Positions 24,358-36,629 of a stretch of DNA of 64,000 bases are shown here, one piece after another (the stretch's first letter is position 1; the number at the start of each line of letters is the position of its first letter). The DNA lies in assembly GCA_030390025.1 (NCBI GenBank), contig CM059432.1, positions 105,836,001 through 105,900,000 of the forward strand, read 5' to 3'. The notes below the pieces were generated by a model. That model had not been told where the DNA came from, did no database searches, and was given only the letters and a program-made list of their open reading frames with translations. The position numbers and the translations under genes were made by a program. Source of the DNA: Squalus acanthias. Lineage: Eukaryota.

Positions 24358-24975
24358 GGTCCCTGGGAAAAGATACAAATAGACTTTACGGGACCCCTAC
24401 CGATCTCAAGGGGAAGGGTATACTGCTTAGTGATAATAGATCCATTCACAAGATGGGTGGAAGCTTTTCCCACACGAAACTGCACAGCTACCACAGTGGC
24501 CCGGATAATGGCAGAAGAAATAATACCGAGGTGGGGGGTTCCTATTCAAATCGACTCTGACCAGGGAACCCATTTCACGGGAACGGTAGTAAAGAATATC
24601 TGCGCATGGATGGGAATAAAACAAAAATTCCTCATTCCCTACCGTCCTCAGAGCTCTGGGATGGTGGAGCAAATGAACCGGACCCTAAAAACCGCATTAG
24701 CAAAGGCTCTGAGTGAAACCCACCAATTTTGGGTAGATGCTCTGCCCGCAGTCCTGATGAAATTGCGAGCTATCCCTAATCGAACGACAGGCTTATCTCC
24801 CTATGAATTAATGACAGGGCGAGCAATGCAACTCCCTTATGGAATTATCATGGGGGGAGAGGAACTAGGACCCTTACAGGATAGGATCCGCCGATATGTC
24901 CTTGAATTAAGCAAGCAGTTAAAAGAAATGAGACAGCAGGTTAGAGAAAGACAGGAAGTAAAGGATAAAAATCCA
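24358..24975 (+). pseudogene. pol: Retroviral integrase catalytic core (one frameshift near the start)
   Basis: GPWEKIQIDFTGPLP / YCLVIIDPFTRWVEAFP...IDSDQGTHF...PYRPQSSGMVEQMNRTLK; D-D-E triad present. Confidence 0.92.
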
Positions 24976-25106
24976 AATGGTTGTGATTGGAGAACCAAAC
25001 TAACAATTGTATTATTACACCCTCACAGGAAGAACAGAATCTACAAGCAACAAATAGTTAGGTTGGCGATATAGCCTTTGGGACATTGTTAATTTAGAGT
25101 AATAAG

Positions 25107-25752
25107 ATGAAATTGCTTATGTGTATTAGTGTAATCGCAATATGCGCTACGGACATTGCCTCGTTGAAATACAAGTGCCTTCTTCGGAAACAAGATCCAA
25201 TACGATTGTGTGACCAAGACACGATTTACTGCCCAGCCCCTGATGAAAGAGATGGAGAGGAGTGGAAGCTGGAGCGAGAAACCGATACTACAGCCTGGCT
25301 TACCAAAGATTTAAGAACTTATATAACTGGCAGGAGTAATTGGACTGTCCCATGCGGGGATACTCCTTGCCTAGTTGACTTACGGTGTCCCACAGCCCAG
25401 AAATATCAAAAAGAGAAATCAAACAGACGGTTGAAACGAGAATTAAATGTAAACACATTTCTGTATATGTCTTATACCTATGCAAAACGAAGTAATGTAT
25501 CTAATACATGCACAGGAAGGGATCCCTTTAAGACCAGTACCATTTAATGAGTCAGAGATGGCAGCATGGTATTTAAATCAAAACTCTTCCAGGAATTGTC
25601 TCAGGATGGGAGCTCAAACAACAGGAGGGACCTACCAGGTGGATATGAGTGGGGATAAGAAGGAATGGCAATCGTCAGGTTACAACCTGACCACCTTCCA
25701 GGGGTGGTATCAGCCCAAATTAACCCCGGGGATGGTAACAAAGGCAAGGTAA
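25107..25752 (+). pseudogene. env: env N-terminal fragment (gamma-type SU-like), truncated
   Basis: Signal-peptide-like MKLLMCISVIAICATDIAS; Cys-rich segment; furin-like RRLKR; NTFLYMSYTYAKRSNVSN; frameshift to EGIPLRPVPFN. Confidence 0.7.
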
Positions 25753-25786
25753 TTGGTTCCCGGGATAAAAAGCTTGATCCGGGACC

Positions 25787-25799
25787 AAACAGGAGGGAC
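25787..25799 (+). promoter_or_regulatory. Polypurine tract
   Basis: aaacaggagggac immediately 5' of the 3' LTR. Confidence 0.75.
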
Positions 25800-26342
25800 T
25801 GAAAGGGTTAATTTGGAATGGTCAAATTCAATTTCTACACAATTTGCAATAAAACCATGAGCAGTGAAGGTTTTGCAAATTGAGACAAGGAATAGATAAG
25901 CTTACAGCTGCCAGACAGATTTTTGAGGGAGGGTTCAGTGTTTAATAAACGGTATTGAAAGAGGCCTTTTACAGAGTTAGCTAGAGACCGTAGGCACGGT
26001 GCCAATCACAGATAACATACAGTAGTAAACCGTGGGATTAGACTATGCTCAAAAAGGTGCAACAAGATGTAACTGCTTTTATGATTATTGCCAAATAAAT
26101 ATAGATAAAGGCAAAATATAATCAGGTGATTAATGTAATACCATATAATTGGACGAAAATCGATGTATGATGGCATGTAGCCAGAAATATTGAATATAAG
26201 CTGTACTGAACAAAGGTTAAATGAGAAGGATGTTACAAAGGTCACGGGACCTTTTTGACTCCGGCTCCCAAAGTACTTTGTCAATAAACTGTGTGTTTTT
26301 GAACTTCATCTAGGCTCTGAGAATCTTATTTTCTCCCCAATA
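25800..26342 (+). repeat. 3' LTR
   Basis: Identical to the 5' LTR by eye except terminal CA->TA; the same 92-aa antisense ORF is called in both. Confidence 0.95.
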
Positions 26343-27727
26343 ATCAATGACCTTCCATCCATCATAAGGTCAGAAGTGGGGATGTTCGCTGATGATTACA
26401 CAGTGTTCAGTTTCATTTGTAACTCCTCAGATAATGAAGCAGTCTGTGCCCGCATGCAGCAAGACCTGGATAACATTCAAGCTTGGGCTGATAAGTGGCA
26501 AGTAACATTCGCGCCACACAAGCCTAACCACCTCCCCTTGACATTCAATGGCATTACCATCGTCAAATCCCCAACCATCCTGGGGTCACCATTGACCAGA
26601 AACATAACTGGACCAGCCACATAAAAACCGTGGCTACAAAAGCAGCTCAGAGGCTCAGTATTCTGTGGCGAGTGTCTCACCTTCTGACTCCCAAAAGCCT
26701 TTCCACCATCTACAAGGCACAAGTCAGGAGTGTGATGGAATACTCTCCACTTGCCTGGATGAGTGCAGCTCCAACAACAATCAAGTAGCTTGACACCATC
26801 CAGGACAAAGCAGCCACTTGATTGGCACCCCATCTACCACCTTAAACATTCAGTCCCTCCACCACCGGCACACTGTCTGCAGTGTGTACCATCTACAAGA
26901 TGCACTGCAGCAACTCACCAAGGCTTCTTCGACAGTACCTCCTAAACCTGCGACCTCTACCACCTAGAAGGACAAGGGCAGCAGACGCATGGTAACACCA
27001 CCCCCTCCAAGTCACACACCATCCTGACTTGGAAATATATCGGCGTTCCTTCATCGTCACTGGGTCAAAATCCTGGAACTCCCTACCTAACAGCACTGTG
27101 GGAGTACCTTCACCACACGAACTGCAGCGGTTCAAGAAGGTGGCTCACCACCATCTTCTCAAGAGCAACTAGGATGGGCAATAAATGCTAGCCTTGCCCG
27201 CGAAACCCACATCCCGTGAATGAATAATAAAAAAATATATATATGCTAATAAGGTTAGATGAAGTAGGGTGGGAGGAGCTCATATAGAGCATAAACATCA
27301 GCATAGAATCATTGGGCCGAATGGCCTGTTTCTGTGCTGTAAATTCTATTTAATTCTGCATCCCTGTTCAGACAACTTTCAACATAAAGCCAGCCATTCC
27401 TGAACACAGCTGAGAAGCAAGTCACATGATATAACACGTTGTATTATAGTCGCTTCGATTGCTGTAATATTTCTTATTAAACAAAGTTTTAAAATTTCCA
27501 ACATCTATTGTAAAATTGGACAAAGGGTGAACAATTGCCCAATTTATTTTGCTGTTGTCATTGTGTATCCTCTATTTATTCAAAATTACCAACAATACAA
27601 ATAATCTTGTAATGTCATGCAGTACGTTTCTATAGTGCAAATTTAAAATGGCAGCATAATGCCTGGAATAGGTACAGACGTTTTGGGAGAGAGTAGAGGA
27701 ACTATAATACAGTTCATACTTGACATA

Positions 27728-28277
27728 GCGATAGAAATTGGACCTTGTTGCACCCAATTTCAGGGATCAATGTTCTGTGCCCCAAGGATGCCTGAAAAAT
27801 GTCTGACTCAAAATTGGGTTGAGCCATTTTTCAGGCATCCCTCAGGCATTAGAGCCCTTACATATGTAAATGAAGGGCCTCACAACTGTTTTCGGTCCCC
27901 TCACAGAAACTTGCCTTGCTCAGGATTCTTCAGCAGTTGCCAACTAAAGGTAAGTTTTTTTTTAAATCACCCCGTGGAGCTAGGAGGAGCAGGAGTGATC
28001 AGCAATCAAACTTGCGCCCGCTGTCCGCCCCCCGCCCCCCCTACCACTCCCCCAGCTCTTAGCTGAGACCACTGCTGGCGAGGCAGGTGGCCTGAAATTG
28101 AAGCAAAAGGGTGAGCTGCCTGCACAGGTGCGACAGGTGGTGGCAGTATGCCCAGATTATTTAGATGAGACCCGAGGCCCAATTTTGGCCCGCCTCGGGT
28201 CACCCGGTTCAGGTACATGGTGTGCCCGCATAGCCACCTTCACGCCAGAAACCAGGTGCCGACAGATTTCTACCCCA
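27728..28277. mobile_element. Harbinger-type MITE
   Basis: Imperfect TIRs (g)atagaaatt / atttctacccc. Confidence 0.5.
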
Positions 28278-28382
28278 TAGTATTTTCCTGGTACTTCCAA
28301 TTCCCCTTTGTTGTAGAAGAAAGCGATGAATAACTGTTCACTGTTTATAACTTTACCACATAAACATAATAGGTAGTGGGGA

Positions 28383-30248
28383 CGGCTTCTATTCTCTACT
28401 GCTAACCGTCTTCTTAAACCCCTCTCTCCTGTCTCCTCCACCCTCACCTCCGACAACAAGTGTGAGGAGCTCACGGACTTCTTTGTCTCTAAGATTGAGA
28501 CAATCCGTTCAGCTGCCACTTCCCTTCCTTCCCCTAGCCCACCGGGCCAAACTTCCTCTAAGGTTCCCCCCTGCCCTAGCCCTGAACTCACATTTTTCTC
28601 CAGTTTCTCTCCGATCTCCCCTCATGACATCTCCGAGCTCATCTTGTCCATGAGACCCACTTCCTGCTCCCTCAACCCTATTCCCACTAAACTGCTGACC
28701 ACCCAACTTCCTTTTCTGGCTCCCATGTTAGCTGACATTGTTAATGATTCTCTCTCCTCAGCTATTGTCCCCCTCTCCCTCAAATCTGCCGTCATCTCCC
28801 CTCTCCTCAGAAAACCAACCCTTAACTCCTCCATCCTTGCAAACTACCGCTCCATCTCCAACCTCCCTTTCCTCTCCAAAGTCCTTGAAAGTGTTGTCGC
28901 CTCCCAAATCCGTGCCCATCTTTCCCGCAACTCCATGTTTGAATCCCTCCAATCAAGTTTCCGCCCCTGCCACAGTACTGAAACGGCTCTCATCAAAGTC
29001 ACAAATTACATCCGTTGTGACTGTGACAAAGGTAAACTATCCCTCCTCGTCCTTCTCAACCTGTCTGCAAGCCTTTGACACAGTTGACCACTCCATCCTT
29101 CTCCAACGTCTCTCCACCGTCGTCCAGCTGGGTGGGACTGCACTCGCCTGGTTCCATTCTTATCTATCTAATCATAACCAGAGAATCACCTGCAATGGCT
29201 TCTCGTCCTGCTCCCACATCGTTACCTCCAGTGTCCCCCAAGGATCTATCCTTGGCTCCCTCCTATTTCTCATCTACATGCTGCCCCTCGGCGACATCAT
29301 CCGAAAACACAGCGTCAATTTCCACATGTACGCTGACGACACCCAGGTCTAACCTCACCACCACTTCTCTCGACCCCTCCACGGTCTCTAAATTGTCAGA
29401 CTGCTTGTCCGACATCCAGTTCTGGATGAGCAGAAATTTTTTCAATTAACTATTGGGAAGACCAAAGCCATTGTTTTCCGTCCCCGCCACAATCTCCGTT
29501 CCCTAGCCACTGACGCCATCCCTCTCCTTAACATCTGTCTGAGGCTGAACCACACTGATCGCAACCTTGGTGTCATATTTGACCCTGAAATGAACTTCCG
29601 ACCACATATCCGTGGCATAATAAGACCGCCTTTTTCCACCTCCGTAACATCGCCCGTCTCCACCCTTGCCTCAGCTCATCTGCTGCTGAAACCCTCATCC
29701 ATGCCTTTGTTACCTCTAGACTTGACTATTCCAACGCACTCCTGGCTGGCCTCCCACGTTCTAAATTTGAGGTCATCCAAAACTCAGCTGCCTGTGTCCT
29801 AACTTGCACCAAGTCCCGTTCACCCATCACCCCTGTGCTCGCTGACCTAGATTGGCTCCCAGTTAAGCAACGCCTCGATTTCAAAATTTTCATCCTTGTT
29901 TTCAAATCCCTCCATGGCCTCGCCGCTCCCTATCTCTGTAATCTCCTCCATACAGCCCCACAACCCCCCTAATCTGTGCTCCTCTAATTCTAGCCTCCTG
30001 AGCATCCCTGATTATAATCGCTCAACCATTGGTGGCCGTGCCTTCTGTTGCCTAGGCCCTAAGCTCTGGAATTCCCTGCCTAAACCTCTCCTCCTCTCTA
30101 CCTCTCTCTCCTCCTTTAAGACAGTCCTTAAAACCTACCTCTTTGACCAAGCTTTTGGTCATCTGCCCTAATTCCTCCTTATGTGGCTCGGTGTCAAATT
30201 TTTTGTCCTATAATACTCCTGTGAAGACACGATATAAATACAAGTTAC
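28383..30248 (+). mobile_element. L2-clade LINE, 5'-truncated, RT frameshifted
   Basis: [45 protein letters not shown]2-type 3' end. Confidence 0.9.
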
Positions 30249-30249
30249 G

Positions 30250-30905
30250 ATAGCAAAATACTGCGGATGCTGGAAATCCAAAATAACAACAGAAAACGCT
30301 GGAAAAACTCAGCAGGCCAGGCAGCATCCGTGGAGAGAGAAAGAGAGTTAACGTTTCAGGTCGATGACCTTTCATCAGAACTGGGAAGAGCCGGAAATCA
30401 AATAGATTTAAGGCCAGGGTAAAGCTGGGAAAAGGGGGAGGGGATAAAGGAACAAAGGGGAAGATGAAGAGACATTAAGAGACATTAAGAGATATGCAAG
30501 GCTAGAGGTGGTGTAAATGTGACAGATTAAGGCTGAATGAAGTGTGAAATCCACTGGCAGAATGAAGGACAGCTGCCAGCTTCTAGGAGGAAAAAAAAGG
30601 TGGGGGGGGACAAATAAAAGGGTGGATAAAATAAAATATAAATGTGATTGGAGCTGAGGTTATGATCTAAAATTGTTGAACTCGATATTGAGTCCAGAGG
30701 GCTGTAGCGTGCCTAAATGAAAGATGAGGTGCTGTTCCTCGAGCTTACGCTGAGCTTCCGTGGAACAGTGTAATAGGCCGAGGACGGTGAGGTCAGAGTG
30801 GGAGTGAAGCGGTGAATTAAAGTGACAGGCCACCGGGAGCTCGGGGTCCCCCTTACGGACTGAACGGAGGTGTTCCGCAAAGCGGTCACCCAATCTGCGT
30901 TTGGT
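30250..30905 (-). mobile_element. Penelope-like element 3' end (second family), GIY-YIG C-terminus
   Basis: ORF 30660-30893 (DRFAEHLRSV...PVACHFN...LEEQHLIF...GLNIEFNNFRS) followed by a pseudo-LTR. Confidence 0.85.
30346..30382 (-). ncRNA. Minimal hammerhead ribozyme
   Basis: Minus strand reads agtt-CTGATGA-a-aggtc(atc)gacct-GAAA-cg-tt-aact. Confidence 0.8.
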
Positions 30906-31614
30906 TGTTGTTGTTGTTGTTACTATTTGGAAAAGCCGTGCACTTTTGGGTTTGATTTGCCATTCATTTCAATCCTTTAACGATATCAGGCCCCCTGAAT
31001 GGTGAATAGGCCAGGGCCTAAAGAACAAGTAGCAATCTAGGCAATGCCCAACTGATACCCTGTTATTTGGATGTTCTACTGATGTAACAGCTTGAAAGTT
31101 TACAGTGACTGGCAGAGAGTGGAAACTTTTATCCCTGTCCTGGCTAGATTCAAAACCAAGTCCCGGAGGTGAAAGATCAGTGGAAAGCTGATGTTCCTTA
31201 AAATTAAGTTAACTCCTCCAGGCATTTTATTCTCCCTCTAAAAAAGACTCCAGAAGGCGTAGCCTTAAATTATTCCAAATATATATTCCTAAATTCAAGT
31301 TATCTGAATATTTCCACATTTTCTCTAGTCCTGGCTACATCTCTGTCTGCAGATGGTTGTAATACAAAGGTACAACATCTTATGGGAGCATAGTTAGGAG
31401 CTGAATTTTATAAACCAAAGAATATTGATGAAACAACAGGGAATTTGACTCCTATGTTACATTATCAATCAACACAAACATTTTGTCTGGAACTCATTTA
31501 GCGTCCAGAAAGTCCTGAATTGTTTGAGAGATTCTGAGTATGTTTGTTCAGGTGTTGTCGACCAAGCAGAAGTGGAGTTTAGAACCAATTTCCTGCTGTT
31601 AAAGTGGGCATGTG

Positions 31615-32268
31615 AGAGGTTAAGGCTGAACCAGACTGTTCGCAACCTTGGCATCCTATTCCACCCTGAGCTGAGCTTTCAACCCCATATCCTCTCCATC
31701 TCCAAGACCGCCTACCTCCACCTCCATAATATCACCTGTCTCTGACCCTGTCTCAGCCATCTGCTGCTGAAACCTCATCTATGCTTTTGTTACCTCCAGA
31801 CTCAACTATTCCATTGCTCTCCTGGCCAGCCTCCCATCTTCCACCCTCTGTAAACTTCAGCTCATCCAAAGCTCTGCTGCACATATCCTGATTGGCACCA
31901 ACTCCCGTTGACCTATCACCCCTGTGCTTGCTGACCAACATTAGCTCCCAGTCATCCTTGTGTTCAAATCTCTCTATGGCCTAGTTCCTTGCTATCTCTG
32001 TAACCTCCTCCAGCCCTACAACCCTCCGAGAGCTCTGTGTTCCTGGCCTCTTGTGTATCCCCAATTTCCTTCGCCGCTCCGTAGGTGGCCGTCCCTTCAG
32101 CTATCAAGGCCCTAAGCTCTGGAATTCCCTCTCTGAACCTCTCTGCCTCTCTACCACTCTCTCCTCCTTTAAGACACTCCTTAAATCTACCTCTTTGACC
32201 AAGCTCCTGTGAAACACCGTGAAACGTTTTGCTACATTAAAGGGGCTATATAAATGCAAGTTGTTGTT
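31615..32268 (+). mobile_element. L2 3' fragment
   Basis: Similar to 29540-30245; tataaatgcaagttgttg end. Confidence 0.8.
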
Positions 32269-32294
32269 AAACAATTCAGTAAAAAGGTGGAAAG

Positions 32295-32630
32295 TTGACT
32301 GAGCAGTGAAATGGGTGAATGCATTTCTTTCATCTCCAGGACCAAAGCTTGAATCCAGCCAGGACTAATGGAATGAAAATCTCCCTTCTCTGCCAGCTGT
32401 GAGGGTGCTACATAAAATAGATATAGGCATTCTCAGTCTAGTACCTAAAGAACACCACACTCACCATAATTTGATGAAAATTGACACTAAATTAGCAAGG
32501 CCACACTCAGCAAGGCCACACCAATGCCCATTGTGTGAAGTGGAAACATTTTGGGATTAAGGTCCATTGTTGGAGTAGGTGGAGAGATCTCTGCTCTGCA
32601 TGTAGCCTATGATATCTGACATTGGAGTTA
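32295..32630 (+). mobile_element. Old LF-SINE-like element
   Basis: tttcatctccaggacc...gaatccagccagga...tctcagtctagtaccta...aattgacactaa follows the LF-SINE consensus order as I recall it. Confidence 0.5.
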
Positions 32631-33867
32631 GAAGACATCCTGTACAGTTTTGTACTGGACATTCTGTTTTCATGGTAATTTTGAGAAATGAGAACCAGAC
32701 ATTGAAGGAGTAATTTTACAAGTCTGCACCGCCGATGGGTGAGATGCTCCACTCCGCTGGCAGCGCAGACTTAAAAAATGACCGTTGGATTTTAAAAGAA
32801 GGCAGTATGAGTGGGCCCACTTCGAATTTCTGAATGCGCAAGCAGGTTCCATTTGCATTTATCAACCATTTCACACATGCATTGCAGTTATAAACATCCC
32901 AATCATATTTAGCAGATTTTTTTCTACCAATTTCCTTTTCTCCTGAAATTGCCAACTTTGCAGCGCTTTGGTTCCTTGGGCACGAAAGCCTTCCAATACC
33001 TCCACAATTCTTCTGGTGTGGGTCTGTACAGTGAGTGGCTGCAGGGTATTTAACTGTGAGCAGCATGAGAGCCAAGCTCATTTCTGTCCTCCCTTTGACC
33101 ATATAGATGCACTTACAGGCAGATACCACGTGATAGTGATTGGGATTGAGAATCGTTGCTCTCCTCCTTAGTCCAAAAGTATTGAAACCGATTGTTACCC
33201 TCAGTTAACTCAGCACAGAGTAGGACTGAATCTGGGACTTTCCTGGTTCATGCAGTACACTTACCCACTGAGCTATCGAGAGAGCCCTGCTGGCCAAGAT
33301 TTTAACCTTGGTTTAGATCCATATTTAACAACCCAAATAAACATGTCCTTTACATGATTTAATCTTAGAGAGCTACACTTTGACTACAAGGTGAAGTAGG
33401 TAAGAATTCGTAATGTTTGGCATCAAAAATCCTACAATAAAGTGTTTCAGAAAACCACAATGACAACAATTCCCACAACACATAATTAATGGGCATTTAC
33501 CAAAACGTTTTGAACCAGAGAAACGTAATACCTTTTCCTTCCTGAGTTTACTTTGGCTGACTTTCAAACTTGACCTCATCTTCTTGTTGATTTTATAGAT
33601 CAGCTCATGGAATAAGACACAAGGATTTTGTAAATGTAAAACGAAGCATGAGGCACCCCCTGGAGAAAACGGCAAGAGTGCAACAGTCATCATCTGTGTG
33701 GGAGCACATCTGGAAAGGGCACCCAAAGCTCACTATAGAATTCAATGCATTTGAAAATCAATAAAAGAGATTGCTGCATGTAAAATAGCTTTTAGAAAAT
33801 GTCTTCACTAATTTTTATTTCCACCACAGATTACAATGGCAATTAAAAGGGAAAAAATTGAAGAGTT

Positions 33868-35815
33868 ACATAAGAAATGGGAGCTGGAGTAGGCCATTCG
33901 GCCCTTCTTCTACGGCTGATCTTCTACCTCAACTCCATCTTCCCGCACTATCCCATATCCCTTAATTCCCTTAATATATAAAAATCTATCAATCTCTGTC
34001 TCAACGACTGAGCAATCACAGCCCTCTGGGGTAGAGAATTCCAAAGATTCACGACCCTCTGAGTGAAGAAGTTTCTCCTCATCTCAGTCCTAAATGGCCG
34101 ACCCCTTATTCTGAGACTGTGACCCCTGGTTCTAGACTCCCCAGCCAGGGGAAACATCCTCCCTGCTTCTATCCTGTCAAGCTCCTTAAGAATTTTATAT
34201 GTTTCAATGAGATCACCTCTCATTCTTCTAAATTCTTGGGAATATAGGCCTAGTCTCCTCAATCTCTCCTCAGAGGACAATCCTCCCATCCCAGGAATCA
34301 GTCTGGTGAACCTTTGTTGCACTCCCTCTAAGGCAAGTATATCGTTCCTTAGGTAAGGAGACCAAAACTGTACACAGTACTTCAGGTGTGGTCTCACCAA
34401 GGCCCTATATAATTGTAGTAAGACTTCTTTACTCTTATACTCCAATCCTTTTGTAATAAAGGCTAACATACCATTTGCTTTCCTAATTGCTTGCTATATC
34501 TGCATGTTAACTTTCTGAGATTCGTATACAAGGACACCCAGATCCCTCTGAATGCCAACATTTCCCAATCTCTCAACATTTAAAAAATATTCTGCTTTTC
34601 TATTTTTCCTATCAAAGTGGATGACTTCACATTTCTCCACATTATATTCCATCTGCCATGTTTTTGCCCACTCACTTAGCCTGTCCAAATCCCTTTGCAG
34701 ACTCTTTGGGGTAAAAATTCACTTGGTTGCGCCACCCGTTAGCGCCTTAAGAGGGCGCTAATGGGGCGCAAAGCCGCTAACGCCCGGGCGCAGCGATGTT
34801 TGCGCCGCTCGAGAACTTAACTTGAGATTGTGCGGCGGCGCTAAAACTTACCGCTGCGACCACCTGCGCGCGCAGATTGTGACGTCATTCCATGGTGCAA
34901 CGCCCTTGGGGCGCCCCGTAGCGGAAATTGAGTGGCGCCCCCTGCCTTACCGCCTGGCGCTTCCAACAACCAGAAGACTGGAACGCTATCAATCGCTGTG
35001 GGGCTGGGGGGGGCGCTATTTAAAGGGGGCCTCTTCCTGTCTTTTATTGTTGGTGACATTTTTGAACTACGCATTCTGAGAGAGAGAGGGAGAGACTTCT
35101 GGAGAGATTCAACGTTGTGTGAAGGAGTTTTGGGTACTGAGCAGCACTTTGCAGGTTCATTTTGATTTGCCATTCCTTGTATCGATTTAGCAGAGACCGT
35201 GGGAGCTGCACTCTGAGCTCTTTGCCTGGTGCTCTCCATTGTTCTTTCCAGCACATTTGATGTACAGGTCTCTCCAGGCCGAGATTCAAGGCAGCAATGA
35301 ACAGGATGTGGATGGAAAGCAAGATTAACCATCCCCTTTAAGAACTGGCCCGTGCCATTGTGTGTGTGTTCCATTGCTGACTGACATTACATGAGCTTCG
35401 CCAGCGCTCCGAGTTAGCGCCTCACTGCTCGGCCTTTGCGCCTTAAGAGAGGTGTGCAGCGCCTGCTTTAGCGCTCCACTCACCTCCCGGGGCGGTAAAA
35501 GTGAAGTTTCCCGTCAGTGCCGATAATTAGCGCCAGGCGCTAATATTTGCGTCCGGACGATATTTGCGCCCCGAATGGGGCGCGACCTAATTTCTACCCC
35601 TTTGTGTCCTCCTCACCTAGCTTTGTATCGACAGCAAACTTGGATACATTACACTTGGTCCCCTCATCTAAGTCATTGATATAGAATGTAAATAGCTGAG
35701 ACCCAAGCACTGATCCTTGCGATACCCCACTAGTAACAGCCTGCCAACCCAAAAATGACCTGTTTATTCCTACTCTCTCTTTTCTGTCCGTTAACCAATC
35801 CTCAATCCATGCTAA
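33868..35815 (-). mobile_element. 5'-truncated CR1 interrupted by a MITE
   Basis: ORFs 33948-34469 and 34494-34688; CR1 sequence resumes at 35601. Confidence 0.9.
34708..35600. mobile_element. Harbinger deletion-derivative MITE
   Basis: TIRs ggggtaaaaatt / aatttctacccc; TSD ttt; closely similar to 49039-49922. Confidence 0.9.
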
Positions 35816-36629
35816 GGATTGGTTAGGTATGCAGGCAGTTAATCATTGTAAGAGCAGGACATCTCAGTTTAAACATTTTCTTTTGTTTTTATATATTGTC
35901 ACAAAAGCATATCAGATGGGGGGAGGGGACATGCAGTGACACTGGGCTAGTGGGGGTTTAAATCAGTCGGGGTTACCACTCCTAATCATTATCCAGTGAT
36001 GACTGCTGGAAAGTGAGGCTGTATCAATTTTAGGCTAGGACAGGGTGGGTCTTGGCATGATGGCCCCATGGTCAAACAAGCCTGCCAACACTCAAAGCTT
36101 AGGCTCACAATGGACACTTGGGCATGAGACCAAGGGATGTTATTACCTGTGGAACCGTACCTCCAGCATGGGTCATTGCATTCAGGAGAGAAGAGGGGAA
36201 AATAGAGCAGAAAAAATTGAAATAAATTGCCATTGTGTTTTTACGTACTTTTAGTCCAAAAATAAAACACAAGGGTGGAGAATGAGAGGCAAGCCAGGAG
36301 AGTTTTGGAATGGTCAAGTCTCGATGTAACAAGTGCATGGATGAGGGTTTCAGCAGCAGATTGGCTGAGGCAGGCAATTTTATTTAATGGGATACACAGA
36401 AATGCTCCATAGTCCCATGTGTTTAGTTAATTCTACCAATAGTAAGTTATATTTTCTGGTCCAAGTGTTCAGGCTGTGGGAGCATTGCTCTGCTCACACA
36501 TATTAGGAACAGCTGACCCTGTAAACTCCTGGCCCAGATTGAGCCTCCTGTCAGGTGATTGCTGAATGGATGGTAAGACAGCCAGTGCAGGTAGAGCTCT
36601 TAAAGGGATATTAGTTGCAAAGTAAAAAT

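Larger units (their letters stand above)
19650..26342 (+). mobile_element. Non-autonomous endogenous retrovirus-like element (LTR-gag-pol snippets-env A-IN-env B-LTR)
   Basis: Paired 543-bp LTRs; 5-bp TSD atcaa (19645-19649, 26343-26347); PBS, PPT and a retroviral integrase core. Confidence 0.95.
19405..27235 (+). mobile_element. 5'-truncated LINE (same family as 7030-8320) split by the LTR element
   Basis: [18 protein letters not shown] stops at 19649 and resumes as (atcaa)tgaccttcc at 26343; 3' tail tgaatgaataataaaa. Confidence 0.9.

Noticed and set aside
31469..31615. Possible minus-strand coding exon (KLVLNSTSAW...)
   Set aside because: No convincing splice donor and no recognisable homology.
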